Position numbers and translations under genes: made by a program | The notes under the pieces: model-generated | Databases searched by the model: none | The model's input: the letters and a program-made list of their open reading frames with translations, nothing else | What the model was told of the DNA's origin: nothing | Part shown: in pieces, positions 30,101 to 39,222 of the stretch | Position numbering within the stretch: position 1 is the first letter of the stretch | Layout of the letters: each line of letters starts with the position of its first letter | Assembly (NCBI GenBank): GCA_003223135.1 | Contig: QHXX01000029.1 | Location: 11,864-75,863 of the forward strand | Length of the DNA stretch: 64,000 nt | From: Acidobacteriota bacterium | GTDB taxonomy: Bacteria > Acidobacteriota > Polarisedimenticolia > Gp22-AA2 | Direction of reading: 5' to 3'

Positions 30101-30869
30101 GCTGCACCGGGCGCGCATCGACGCCGATCTCGAGCACATGGGACGCACCTGTCGTGACGAGCTGGCGACGTCGATCGAGGCCCTGCGGGCCTCGCCCCCG
30201 CCGCCCGAGGACGGCTCCGGCCTTCAGGAGCGCGAGAGCGAGGTGCAGCGGATCCGCGCCGACATCGATGCGATCGGGCCCGTGAACCTCATGGCGGTCG
30301 AGCAGCAGAAAGACCTGGAGGAGCGCTTCTCCTTCCTGACCGCGCAGAAGAACGATCTGGAGCAGGCGATCGCCTCCTTGCGCGAGACGATCAGGACCAT
30401 CAACCGCGAGGCGCGCGAGCGCTTCCGGGGCGCCTTCGAGGCGATCCAGGAACACTTCCAGGAATCCTTCCGGACGCTGTTCGGCGGTGGCCGGGCCGAG
30501 CTGCGCCTTTCGGAGGAGGATGAGGACGTGCTGGAGGCGGGGATCGAAGTCGCGGCGCAGCCACCCGGCAAGCGGCTGCAGAAGATCGGGCTTCTGTCGG
30601 GCGGCGAGAAGGCGCTCACCGCGGTCGCGCTTTTGGTCTCCCTGTTTCGATACCGGCCGTCCCCCTTCTGCATCCTGGATGAGGTGGACGCGCCGCTCGA
30701 CGAGGCGAACGTCGAGCGCTTCACGCGCCTTCTTCAAGAGCTCCGGAGCGACACGCAGCTGATCCTGATCACCCACAACCGCAAGAGCATGGAGGCAGCC
30801 GACCTTCTTTACGGGGTCACCATGGAGGAACCCGGAGTGTCCAAAATCCTGCCGCTGCGTTTCGAATGA
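27129..30869 (+). CDS. smc: Chromosome segregation protein SMC
   Basis: GFKSF, GPNGCGKSN, coiled coils, hinge, LSGGEK, LDEVDAPLD. Confidence 0.97.
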   Translation: MPRILRLDRMEILGFKSFYGRTRFDFPDGITAVVGPNGCGKSNIGDAISWVLGEQKASSLRSDRMEDVIFNGSEGRRPLGMAEVSLHFKNLLADGNGHANGNGHGAGNGHGAAPEVTVAADREVPIPEAAESARPAAGGAPESQAAALRITEIEEIPEEVVVTRRIYRSGESEYVLNGQRCRLKDIQDLLARTDIGSRLYSTIEQGKIDQVLAARPKDRRAMFEEAAGILGYRSKRRQAELKLEAAQANLLRINDIVIEVEKQINALRRQAAKARRYQRLVDDLSERRLVLARQRLAASDEERHRTGEAIEALRAEEVAAAAALVADEADLERLRLQLEAGEAAGRGRREEIHAFDLEIDRIQERLRAGREQVRDLESRLAEGERELTALRSRFAEQETRLAEAIREIADVEERLRSAASSAVAVSADDGERAAAIELLDADLDKTRAGLLERIERHAAMMSHSASLEEQARAARASLLKIEREMEELRASRGRLGAEVEGLEREAAAGRGRAEETAVRHEAVTAAEREAAGRMTAVERRAEELKGRAAVLAERRAALAEMERQRAGFSEGVGDLLKGTAGIEPRGVVGDRLDVPPGLEKAVEATLQDLLEAVVVGGAEEAARGVAYLRASGRGRVSFVADEGAPARDESPGTSSCDPPADVPAVHCRLSERIGGAPLGPISRILARTLLVDSLEQAHGLHDAHPAFACVTPQGDIVRFDGSVTGGDGRALSHWLLQRRVEREEIDRRMSEVAAAREEAEGTLLRLREERVTAQERLTSAATEVQVESRVAFESALRLQQGREELDRIDRALPLLVGEQARLQRDIASCVAGMAGRAMDLEVLEAERRTSEESIAARSAELARLRADLELARRASAETRAALAAAEQRHTSLLRERDGLDEAIRDLASSMARRTRERDEWTARIAQIGEQDGGLEQQRQAALNARAEAAARDEAAHAGLAYERSLLHAREQAVKQGRVAQVALRERHQQHELHRARIDADLEHMGRTCRDELATSIEALRASPPPPEDGSGLQERESEVQRIRADIDAIGPVNLMAVEQQKDLEERFSFLTAQKNDLEQAIASLRETIRTINREARERFRGAFEAIQEHFQESFRTLFGGGRAELRLSEEDEDVLEAGIEVAAQPPGKRLQKIGLLSGGEKALTAVALLVSLFRYRPSPFCILDEVDAPLDEANVERFTRLLQELRSDTQLILITHNRKSMEAADLLYGVTMEEPGVSKILPLRFE

Positions 30870-31828
30870 GCGCCAACGAGCAGTACTTCGTCGTCGCGGC
30901 CGACGGGAAGGAATACGGTCCCGCCGACCTGGAGACTCTCCGCCAGTGGGTGCGCGAGGGACGCGTCGTCCACGGCACGCACATCAAGCAGGCGGGCGGC
31001 GGCGTCCAGTACGCCGGGAAGATGGCCGAGCTGGTCGATCTCTTCCCGCCGCGCGACCCGCACGCGTCCGCCCCGGGACAGGCGCCGCCCCTGCAGTCCC
31101 TCCCGTCGTCCGTGACCCTGCCGTCCGAGTTCCGCGTCTGGGAGTTCATCGGCCGCGGATGGGACGTCGTGAAGCCGCACTGGCTGATATTCGCGGGGAT
31201 GTTCTTCATCCTCATGGCCATCGAGGGGGTGCCGTATCTCGGACCCCTCGCCTCGTTCATCATCGGCGGCGCCCTGATGGTTGGCGTCTGGCGCGCGATC
31301 CTTGGTGCTATCGGAGGGCGCAAGCCGGACATCGGGATGATGTTTCAGGGGTTCGACCGCTTCGGCGACGCCTTTCTGGCGCAGCTGATCAGGGGGATCT
31401 TGATCTTCCTCGGGTTCCTGTGCCTCATCGTTCCGGTGATCATCCTCGGGATCATGTTGCACGGATTCGACCGTTTCGGCGACGCCTCCCTGGCGCACCT
31501 CATCATGGGGATCCTGATCTTCCTTGGGGTCCTGTGCCTCAGCGTCCCGGGGATCATCCTGTCGATCATGTGGATGTTCACCTACCCCATCATCGCCGAG
31601 ACCAACCTGGGATTCTGGGAGGCGATGCGCGAGAGCGCCAGACTCACGGAGGAGTATCGCTGGCGACTCTTCCTCCTCCTTCTAGCGTCCATCCCGGTTC
31701 TGTGTCTGGGCCTCCTGGTCTTCTGCCTGGGCGTGCTGGTGGCGATCCCGGTCATTTACGCCGCCTTGGGGCTGTCCTATCGCTTCCTGCAGGCGAAGAA
31801 GGGGGCGCCAGCGCCGGGCCCTGCGTGA
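30866..31828 (+). CDS. GYF_2-like + DUF975-like membrane protein
   Basis: DGKEYGP..LRQWVREGR N-terminal domain followed by TM helices. Confidence 0.75.
   Translation: MSANEQYFVVAADGKEYGPADLETLRQWVREGRVVHGTHIKQAGGGVQYAGKMAELVDLFPPRDPHASAPGQAPPLQSLPSSVTLPSEFRVWEFIGRGWDVVKPHWLIFAGMFFILMAIEGVPYLGPLASFIIGGALMVGVWRAILGAIGGRKPDIGMMFQGFDRFGDAFLAQLIRGILIFLGFLCLIVPVIILGIMLHGFDRFGDASLAHLIMGILIFLGVLCLSVPGIILSIMWMFTYPIIAETNLGFWEAMRESARLTEEYRWRLFLLLLASIPVLCLGLLVFCLGVLVAIPVIYAALGLSYRFLQAKKGAPAPGPA
31337..31564 (+). repeat. Diverged 114-bp (38-aa) tandem duplication inside the CDS
   Basis: MFQGFDRFGDAFLAQLIRGILIFLGFLCLIVPVIILGI followed by MLHGFDRFGDASLAHLIMGILIFLGVLCLSVPGIILSI. Confidence 0.9.
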
Positions 31829-32223
31829 GCCCGCGCCGCGCCCGGCGCGCACGCGCGGCCCTCGTCGCGGGCGGCCTCCTGGCGGCGGCTTTTCTCTTGC
31901 CCGCCCGACACCCGCTGCCGTTCGACGTCTGTCCTTTCCATCGGCTCACCGGCCTTCCGTGCCTGACGTGCGGTCTGACGCGTTCCGTGTGTCTGTTCGC
32001 GCAGGGAGAATGGGGCGCGAGTCTGCGGATGCATCCGGCGGGCTGGCTCGCCTTCGGCGCTCTCGCCGTCGTGTGTTCGTGGCTCGCCGGCGAGGCGGCC
32101 GCGAATCGTGACCTGGGGGCGGGCGCGAGGACGCGCCTCCTCGGGCTGGTCCTGTGGCTCGGAGGCGCGCTGTCGCTTTTGGGCTGGGGAGCGCGCCTGG
32201 CAGGGGTCTGGCCCGCTCTCTGA
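31825..32223 (+). CDS. DUF2752-family membrane protein
   Basis: CPFHRLTGLPCLTCGLTRS...HP; GTG overlaps the upstream stop. Confidence 0.88.
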   Translation: MSPRRARRARAALVAGGLLAAAFLLPARHPLPFDVCPFHRLTGLPCLTCGLTRSVCLFAQGEWGASLRMHPAGWLAFGALAVVCSWLAGEAAANRDLGAGARTRLLGLVLWLGGALSLLGWGARLAGVWPAL

Positions 32224-32263
32224 GGGACGAGGGCACGGGCGAGACGGGGCCTTTGCACGGGCT

Positions 32264-33778
32264 TCAGGCGGCGCTGGTGACCGATCGCGCGGGGTCGGAG
32301 GCCGCCGGGACGGTGCGCCCCTTCGCCCAGGCGCGCAGCTCGTCGATGGCCTCGCGGCAGGTACGCGACAGCGGCACGGTCCTTTGCAGCTCGGTCAGGA
32401 CGTGGGGCGTGGACAGGGGTGTTTTATCTGCGAAGGCAGAGTAGAGGGCCGCCACGATCGCCGCCTCGATCTCGGCGCCGCTGAAACCTTCCGAGGCGGC
32501 GGCGAGAGCGGGCAGATCGAAGCCGGCCGGATCCTGGCCGCGCTTCGCCAGATGGACCGCCAGAATCGAGCGCCGGGCGGCGTCGTTCGGCAGGTCCACG
32601 AAGAAGATCTCATCAAAACGTCCCTTGCGCAGAAGCTCGGGCGGCATCGCCTGGATGTCGTTGGCCGTCGCCACGACGCACACCGGGCGCTTCTTGTCCT
32701 GCAGCCAGGAGAGGAACGCGCCGAAGATCCGGCGCGCCAGGCCGCCGTCGGCCTCAGCACCTGCGCGGGCCGAGAACCCCTTCTCGATTTCGTCGATCCA
32801 GAGCACGCAAGGGGCCATCGACTCCGCGGTGCGCAGCGCCCCGCGCAACTTCCTTTCGGATTCGCCCACGAACTTGTCGAACATGGCGGACGCATCCAGG
32901 CGCAGGAGCGCCAGGCGCCACTCGCTCGCGACCGCCCTGGCGCACAGGCTCTTGCCGCAGCCCTGGACCCCGAGAATCAGGAGGCCGCGCGGCGGCTCCA
33001 GGCCATAGCGGGCGGCGTCCGGGCCGAAGCCGGCGCCGCGTTTCTTGAGCCAGGCCTTGAGGTTGTCCAGCCCGCCGATCTGCTGCAGCGTAGTGTCCTG
33101 GGGTGTGAGCTCCAGAACCCCGTCGTTCGCGATCAGGTCCTTCTTGCGCTCGAGCACGTGCTTGAAGTCGCTGCGGTCCAGCCTCAGATCATCCAGGGCG
33201 GCCGTCGTGAGCACGCGCTGGGCCTCGGCCAGCGTGAGACCGCGCAGCGATTCGATGAGCTGCCCGAGCTCGGGCACGGACAGATCGATCTTGATGCGCT
33301 TCGGCGCGCCCAGATGGCGCAATGTCCGCACGGTCAGCTCGCGCAGCGCCTCCACGTCCGGCAGCTCGAACTGGATGCGCGCGGTGCAGGGCTTCAAGTC
33401 TTCGGGGACATCGATCGTCGGGGCGCACAGGACGAGGGTGCGGCGGTCCGCGGCGAACGATTCGCCGATGTCGCGCAGCGCCCTCAAGATCGCGGGGTCG
33501 TCGAAGTATTTGTGAAGATCGTAGAACAGATAGACCGCCTCGGTGCGCATTCCGGCCACCGCGCGCAGCGCCCGATCGGGTTTTTCGGTGTCGGGCAGCG
33601 GATCGCCGGCGCCGACGCGGGCCAGTCCGGACGTGACCTTCCACTCGAAGAGCGGCAGGTCCTGCCGCTCCGCCGCCTCCGCGACCAGCGCGCGGACCCG
33701 TTCTTCCTCGGGGCTTTCGATGGCGATGATGGCGTGATGCGAGACGATCAGAAGCTCGAGGTCACGGACGTTCTCCAG
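32264..33778 (-). CDS. Ycf46-like AAA+ ATPase, probable CTG start
   Basis: GVQGCGKS, LWIDEIEKG, LLRKGRFDE; frame open 73 codons beyond 33559 to a CTG preceded by GGAGG. Confidence 0.9.
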   Translation of the reverse strand: MENVRDLELLIVSHHAIIAIESPEEERVRALVAEAAERQDLPLFEWKVTSGLARVGAGDPLPDTEKPDRALRAVAGMRTEAVYLFYDLHKYFDDPAILRALRDIGESFAADRRTLVLCAPTIDVPEDLKPCTARIQFELPDVEALRELTVRTLRHLGAPKRIKIDLSVPELGQLIESLRGLTLAEAQRVLTTAALDDLRLDRSDFKHVLERKKDLIANDGVLELTPQDTTLQQIGGLDNLKAWLKKRGAGFGPDAARYGLEPPRGLLILGVQGCGKSLCARAVASEWRLALLRLDASAMFDKFVGESERKLRGALRTAESMAPCVLWIDEIEKGFSARAGAEADGGLARRIFGAFLSWLQDKKRPVCVVATANDIQAMPPELLRKGRFDEIFFVDLPNDAARRSILAVHLAKRGQDPAGFDLPALAAASEGFSGAEIEAAIVAALYSAFADKTPLSTPHVLTELQRTVPLSRTCREAIDELRAWAKGRTVPAASDPARSVTSAA

Positions 33779-33855
33779 GGGTGGCCTCCCGCGCGCCGGA
33801 TGACGCGATCGCCCGGAAACTTAATGCCGGGGAAGGACGCGGGCAACCCCGCGGC

Positions 33856-35076
33856 TCACGCCGCGGTCTCGTTCCGGCCGTCGGCGGCGCTCACGGGGAG
33901 GGCCGCCGCCGCTTCGCTCTGGGGCGCCGCGGGCGGGACCGCCAGCGTCGGGGACGGCTCCCACGGGTTGTCCTCCTGCAGGCCTTCGAGCGACACGTCG
34001 ATCCCGTAGGCCGCGAACGCCTGCCGGTACGAGTCGAAATGGGCGCGCAGGTGCCGGGCCGTGGAGCGGTAGCCGTAGTTCAGCATGGCGACGCGCGAGC
34101 CATAGTTCAGAATGTTCTCCATGAACATGAACGAATCGGTCCAGGGCGGCTCGATCAGAAAAATGCGGGACTCGGGGTGCTGGGCGCGGAAGCGCTCCAG
34201 GCCCAGGGTCAGCTTTTCCCGGGCGGAGATCCGCTGGGTCTGGTCGACGACGAACGTGATCCCCTTTTCCCGGATACGAGCGCAATGTCCCGAGAACGTC
34301 GGGATGCAGACCTCCTCCGGATTGTTCCGGAGCGGAATGATCGGATTGACCAGGACGAGGAAGCGGGAACCACGCTCGTTCGCGATGTCGAGGTGCGCGA
34401 CGCTGGCCACGCCGCCGTCCACGAAATCCAGCCCCTTGATCGTCACCGGCTGGAAGTAGAGCGGCAGCGCGGACGAGGCGGCGATGGCGTCGGAGATTGC
34501 CACGTCGCGCCAGCCGGGGGTGCCGAACAGCACGCGGTCTCCCATGTCGAGATGGATCGCCGGGATGTACAGCTCCCTGCGCAGCTCTTCGAACGAGTTG
34601 ACGGAGCCGGGCCGGGTCAGCAGCTTGCGGAGGTACGCCTGGTACTTGTTGAGTGCGTAAATTCCCGGCGGCATGTTCTCCTCCAGCGCGTAGATCGCCC
34701 TGGCGACCGAGAACAGCTTCGGGTTTCGTCGATAGAAGCGGAAGAGCGCCGGGACCACCCTCATGGCCCGCAGCAGTGACGATTTGATCTCCTGCCAGTC
34801 GATCTCCAGGATGTCGTCCTGCTTGAAGTTCAGGGGGCTGTCGGTGTTGTGGATGATGGACCGTCCGACCTCGCCGGGAGGGACGTTGTTGGCCATGAGC
34901 GCGGCGACGACCGCGCCGCCGCTGGTGCCGACGAAGATGTCGAAGTCGTTGATCCGGAACGAGCCGGTGAAGAAGTGGTCGAGCGCCTGCAGGGCGCCGA
35001 ACTCGTACATGGCCCCGGTGATGCCGCCGCCGGCGAGGACCAGGCTGAGGGGGCCGCGCCGGGTCTCGGTGGTCAC
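33856..35076 (-). CDS. Patatin-like phospholipase
   Basis: GGGITG, GTSGG, DGG; GTG start overlaps the upstream stop. Confidence 0.92.
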   Translation of the reverse strand: MTTETRRGPLSLVLAGGGITGAMYEFGALQALDHFFTGSFRINDFDIFVGTSGGAVVAALMANNVPPGEVGRSIIHNTDSPLNFKQDDILEIDWQEIKSSLLRAMRVVPALFRFYRRNPKLFSVARAIYALEENMPPGIYALNKYQAYLRKLLTRPGSVNSFEELRRELYIPAIHLDMGDRVLFGTPGWRDVAISDAIAASSALPLYFQPVTIKGLDFVDGGVASVAHLDIANERGSRFLVLVNPIIPLRNNPEEVCIPTFSGHCARIREKGITFVVDQTQRISAREKLTLGLERFRAQHPESRIFLIEPPWTDSFMFMENILNYGSRVAMLNYGYRSTARHLRAHFDSYRQAFAAYGIDVSLEGLQEDNPWEPSPTLAVPPAAPQSEAAAALPVSAADGRNETAA

Positions 35077-35987
35077 GGGCGCGCCTCCACGTCCGGTGTC
35101 CCGGTGGCCGCCGCCCCGCTCGCGTCCCCCTCCAGGACCTCGACCCCGACGATTTTCCACTCGCTGTCGACGGTGAAACCGACCATCGAGCTGCCCTTCA
35201 CCTGGCTTCGGGCCAGAAGCTTCAGACGCGTCGTGCGCCCCGGAAGAATGTTGACCCGGGCGCCGTCCGATTCGAGGAGACGCCAGGTGCCCGGGCCGGC
35301 CTGCTTGCCGGCCGCCGCCACGACGATGTTGTGCGGCCCCTCGGGCACCGGGATCTCGTACGACGGCTGGTGATCGAGATAGAGGACTTCATGGCCTTTG
35401 ACCTTGTCGGTGGCGCTCTGCGGACGGAACAGCAGGAGCTCGTGCCGCGGTGCGCCCTCGAGCGGCGAGCGCGTATCCCAGTGATCCGGCACGTGGTCGG
35501 ACGTAATGCACAGGACCGCCAGCGCCATGTCGGTCATCAGACCGACTTCCACTCCGCCTCGTCGCCGCATCCCCTTGGGGAGCGATTTCAGGGCGATGGC
35601 GGAATACGCGGACGGCGTCTTGTCCGCGGCTTCGTCCGTGAATTCCAGGCGGAGCGTCCCCGTGCGCCCGGGGGCCGGCGTGGCGGTGGGGGAGGGCCCT
35701 GCGGCCTTCGGCATCGCGGCCTGGCGTCGCCGCATCGCCTCGATGATCCTGTCATGGACGCCGGCCTGCCGCAGCTCCTCGATCATGTCGGTTGAGAGGT
35801 CGAAATCGACGGTGCGCGACTCGATGACCGAAAGGATGTCCTTCTCGGCGGTTCCGGTCATCACGAGACGGACCACGTCCTCGTTCGTGAGCGGTCGTGA
35901 GCTCGAAGGCGGGGCGCCTGCGGCAGGCCTCGACAGCGCCGCGAACATCAGGAGCAGGAGGAAGGCGCGCGCCGTCCGCGGCGTCAT
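35073..35987 (-). CDS. Exported hypothetical protein
   Basis: Signal peptide, LTNEDVVRLV...ELRQAGV helical module; coupled to pyrF and the patatin gene. Confidence 0.75.
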   Translation of the reverse strand: MTPRTARAFLLLLMFAALSRPAAGAPPSSSRPLTNEDVVRLVMTGTAEKDILSVIESRTVDFDLSTDMIEELRQAGVHDRIIEAMRRRQAAMPKAAGPSPTATPAPGRTGTLRLEFTDEAADKTPSAYSAIALKSLPKGMRRRGGVEVGLMTDMALAVLCITSDHVPDHWDTRSPLEGAPRHELLLFRPQSATDKVKGHEVLYLDHQPSYEIPVPEGPHNIVVAAAGKQAGPGTWRLLESDGARVNILPGRTTRLKLLARSQVKGSSMVGFTVDSEWKIVGVEVLEGDASGAAATGTPDVEARP

Positions 35988-36700
35988 GCGCCGTCCATCT
36001 GGAGAATGATGTTTTCGGCGGCCTCGAGAGGGTCGGCGGCCTTGACGATGGGGCGGCCCACCACGATGAAGTCGGCGCCCGCCTCCAGCGCGACTTTGGG
36101 GCTCTGCGTGCGCGACTGGTCGTCCGGCTCGCTCCCTTCGGGGCGGATGCCGGGCGTGACGATCAGCAGGTCACGCCCGCAGGCCTCTCGGATGAGGCGT
36201 GCCTCGCGGGGAGAGCAGACGACACCGTCGAGTCCGGCCGCCTTGCCCACCTCGGCCAGGGCCACCGCTTGATCCTCGATCGATCGTCCGATACCCAGCT
36301 GCTCGAAGTCGGCCGGAGACAGGCTGGTCAGGACGGTCACGCCCAGGATCTTCGGCCGCGGCACGCGGTAGACCTGGCAGTGCGCCTCGAGCTCGTCCGC
36401 CGCCCGCCGGGCCATCATCGGGCCGCCCGAAAGGTGGATCGTGAACATTCCGACGCCCAGCCGGGCGGCGGCGACCGCGGCGCGCGCCACCGTGTTCGGG
36501 ATGTCGTGAAACTTCAGATCGAGGAAGATCTGGCCGCCTTTCTCGAGGATCTCGCGCACCAGGGGCGGTCCGCAGGCGGTAAACAGCTCCACGCCGACCT
36601 TGAAGCGTTGCACGCGCGGCCGCAGAGCCTGCACGAGCGACAACGCTCCTTCCCGCGAGTTGACGTCCAGTGCGACGATGAGTCTTTCCGCTGCGAGCAT
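35984..36700 (-). CDS. pyrF: Orotidine-5'-phosphate decarboxylase
   Basis: LIVALD, FLDLKFHDIPNTV, TPGIRP, VVGRPI. Confidence 0.97.
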   Translation of the reverse strand: MLAAERLIVALDVNSREGALSLVQALRPRVQRFKVGVELFTACGPPLVREILEKGGQIFLDLKFHDIPNTVARAAVAAARLGVGMFTIHLSGGPMMARRAADELEAHCQVYRVPRPKILGVTVLTSLSPADFEQLGIGRSIEDQAVALAEVGKAAGLDGVVCSPREARLIREACGRDLLIVTPGIRPEGSEPDDQSRTQSPKVALEAGADFIVVGRPIVKAADPLEAAENIILQMDGA

Positions 36701-36795
36701 CGGCGAAATGTTTGCAGAACTCGGCCCGCTTTGCAAGAAGCGGCTTCCGGAGCCGCTCTTGACCCGGGGTCGTGGGCGGTCGATAATCGATCTCG

Positions 36796-37269
36796 ATGAC
36801 CCGAGGCCTGCGCGTTCTGGCTGTGGCCGCCGCCGGTATCGTGGGCGCCGCCGCGCTCCTGGGCGCCTACGCCCTCAAACGGGCTCCGCACGGAGAGGCG
36901 GACGTCCGCGTCATCACCCACGGCGAGAGAGTGGACATCCAGGCGCACGCCGTGCCCGGCAAGTACACGGTGTTCGACTTCTACGCGGTCTGGTGCCCGC
37001 CCTGCCGCGCCCTCAGCCCGGCGCTCGAGAGACTCGCCTCCCGCAACACAGGCAAGCTGGCGATTCGCAAGGTGGACATCGTGGACTGGACCATGCCGGT
37101 CGCCGAGCAGTACGGTATCGAGGAGCTGCCGTACCTGGTTCTGTTCGACGGAAACGGGCGGAAACTGGCGGTCGGCGAAGCGGTGTTCGACGAGCTGGAC
37201 CGCCTGTTCGGCGCCGACGCGCTCGACGTCAGCCGCGCCACCGAGAAACCCTCGACCAGCGCGATGTGA
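36796..37269 (+). CDS. Membrane-anchored thioredoxin-family protein
   Basis: DFYAVWCPPC motif after an N-terminal hydrophobic segment. Confidence 0.88.
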   Translation: MTRGLRVLAVAAAGIVGAAALLGAYALKRAPHGEADVRVITHGERVDIQAHAVPGKYTVFDFYAVWCPPCRALSPALERLASRNTGKLAIRKVDIVDWTMPVAEQYGIEELPYLVLFDGNGRKLAVGEAVFDELDRLFGADALDVSRATEKPSTSAM

Positions 37270-37293
37270 GCTGCGGCGAGGGCGTGCCCTCCG

Positions 37294-38319
37294 TCAGCCG
37301 GAGCAGGGCGCCGGCGGCCGTCCCGCGGGCAGCCGCAGCGTCCCGGTGAGATCGCGCACGGCACGCACGCCCGCGCTCCGGCACCACGCCTCGATCTCCC
37401 GCACCAGCCGTACCGAGCCCGTGGGGTCGAAGAAGTTCAGCGTCCCCACCTGGACGGCGGCGCTGCCGGCCAGCATGAACTCGAGGGCGTCCTCGGCGCA
37501 ACTGATCCCTCCCATGCCCAGGACCGGCAGGCCCACCTCGCGGTACACGCGGTGGACCATGTAGAGCGCCAGCGGCTTGATCGCCGGGCCGGACAACCCT
37601 CCCACGACGTTGTCCAGGACCGGTCGGCGGGTTTCCAGATCGATCGCCATGCCGAGGAAGGTGTTGACGAGCGACAGGACATCGGCGCCGCCTTCGCGGG
37701 CAGCGCTCCCCGCGACGGCCACATCGGTGATGTTCGGCGTCAGCTTGACGATCAGGGGCAGGTCTGGAGCGGCGCGACGCACGGCGGCGACGACCTGGCG
37801 GACGACCGGCGGCGAGACTCCAAACGCCAGACCGCCCTTCTCGGTGTTCGGGCAGGAGAGGTTGAGCTCGAGGGCGGCGAGCCCCGGCGCGCCGTTGAGG
37901 CGCCGCGCGACCGCGACATACTCCTCCTGTGTCTCGCCGAAGACATTGGCGATGATCGCCGTGCCGCAGTCGCGCAGGGCCGGTAGCTTCTCCGAGAGGA
38001 ACGCCTCGACCCCGACGTTGGCCAGTCCGATGGCGTTGAGCATCCCGGACGGTGTCTCGCATGTGCGCGGCGGCGCATTGCCGCGTCGGGGAAGAAGCGA
38101 TAGCCCCTTCGTGACGAAGCCGCCGAGGTCACGGAGATCGAGATAGGGAAGGAAGTCGGTGCCATAACCGAACGTCCCGCTCGCCGCCACGATTGGGTTC
38201 TTCAGGCGAAGCGGCCCCAGGTCCACCGACAGGTCGACCCCCCTCTTTCGCGGCCTCCCCGCCGCGGCCCGTACGCGTGGCACCGTCCCCCGCGGGGCGC
38301 GGTCCGCCCGGCGCCTCAC
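37294..38319 (-). CDS. pyrD: Dihydroorotate dehydrogenase (family 1B catalytic subunit)
   Basis: ASGTFG, NAIGLAN, NLSCPN, KLTPN, GGLSG; GTG overlaps the pyrK stop. Confidence 0.95.
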   Translation of the reverse strand: MRRRADRAPRGTVPRVRAAAGRPRKRGVDLSVDLGPLRLKNPIVAASGTFGYGTDFLPYLDLRDLGGFVTKGLSLLPRRGNAPPRTCETPSGMLNAIGLANVGVEAFLSEKLPALRDCGTAIIANVFGETQEEYVAVARRLNGAPGLAALELNLSCPNTEKGGLAFGVSPPVVRQVVAAVRRAAPDLPLIVKLTPNITDVAVAGSAAREGGADVLSLVNTFLGMAIDLETRRPVLDNVVGGLSGPAIKPLALYMVHRVYREVGLPVLGMGGISCAEDALEFMLAGSAAVQVGTLNFFDPTGSVRLVREIEAWCRSAGVRAVRDLTGTLRLPAGRPPAPCSG

Positions 38320-39119
38320 AGGACGACCTCTTCGGCCCCGAAAACGGGCCCCTCCGCGCAGACGCGCCGGAAGATCGGGCCCCGCTCGTCCGGAGGGCAG
38401 CCGACCACGCACCCCAGGCAGACGCCGATGCCGCAGGGCATCTGCGACTCGAGGGCGAGCTGGCACGGGACACCGGCCCCGAGCGCCCGCTCCCGGACCG
38501 CCTTCAGCATCGGCGTGGGGCCGCAGGCGAAGATTTCCATGCGCGGGCCGCGGTCCTTGCGCGCGAGAAGCGGCTCGAGGATGCGCGTGACGAAACCCTT
38601 CGTCCCGCGGCTCCCGTCCTCGGTGGCCAAGCGCATCGGCACGTCGCGGGCGCGGAAGAAGTCGAGCGCCACCAGATCCCGGTTCGCGCGGGCCCCGTAG
38701 ATGAGCAGCGGCGTCGCCCGCCGCGCGGCGCGCAGCGCCTCCACCAGGAAAGGGAAGATGGCGATGCCGATACCTCCCGCCACCAGGATCGGCCGCGTGC
38801 CGTCCGGAGCAAGGCGGAAGCCGTTGCCCAGTGGGCCCAGGGTTGGCACCGTGGCGCCCACCGGCTGCTGCGACAGGCAGCGCGTCCCCTCGCCCACGAT
38901 CTTGTAGAGAATCTGGATTCGGCCGCGGCGTCCCGGCAGGACACGGCAGATGCTCATCGGGCGCCGCAGCAGCGGTTGGAACCCCCGTCCCGCCCGCAGC
39001 ATGACGAATTGTCCCGCGCGGGCCTCACGCGCGATCGCGGGGCACTCGAGTGTCAGAAGGAAATGGTCCCGGCCGAGGACGTCGTGGCGGATCACCGGGG
39101 CCGCAATGTCGGACGGCAT
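38316..39119 (-). CDS. pyrK: Dihydroorotate dehydrogenase electron-transfer subunit
   Basis: LRRPMSI, GGIGIA, CGP, CGIGVCLGC...C.EGPVF. Confidence 0.95.
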   Translation of the reverse strand: MPSDIAAPVIRHDVLGRDHFLLTLECPAIAREARAGQFVMLRAGRGFQPLLRRPMSICRVLPGRRGRIQILYKIVGEGTRCLSQQPVGATVPTLGPLGNGFRLAPDGTRPILVAGGIGIAIFPFLVEALRAARRATPLLIYGARANRDLVALDFFRARDVPMRLATEDGSRGTKGFVTRILEPLLARKDRGPRMEIFACGPTPMLKAVRERALGAGVPCQLALESQMPCGIGVCLGCVVGCPPDERGPIFRRVCAEGPVFGAEEVVL

Positions 39120-39222
39120 TCCGGCGGCGGACTCTATCACAACAGCCGAGGCCGGACAACGACCGACGAAGGGCCGGTCGGGAGCCCGGCCCGGGGCTTT
39201 CGCTGTGCTACCATCCGGCGCC

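Noticed and set aside
32108-34009. Long antisense/shadow ORFs (also 28184-29956, 39781-41496, 46958-48811, 57149-59650)
   Set aside because: Expected in high-GC DNA; they largely overlap motif-supported genes and have no recognisable domains.
27129-35076. SMC + AAA ATPase + patatin as an anti-phage system (Wadjet/CBASS-like)
   Set aside because: SMC is canonical and in housekeeping context; the genes are on opposite strands; no jetABD, cyclase or nuclease is present.
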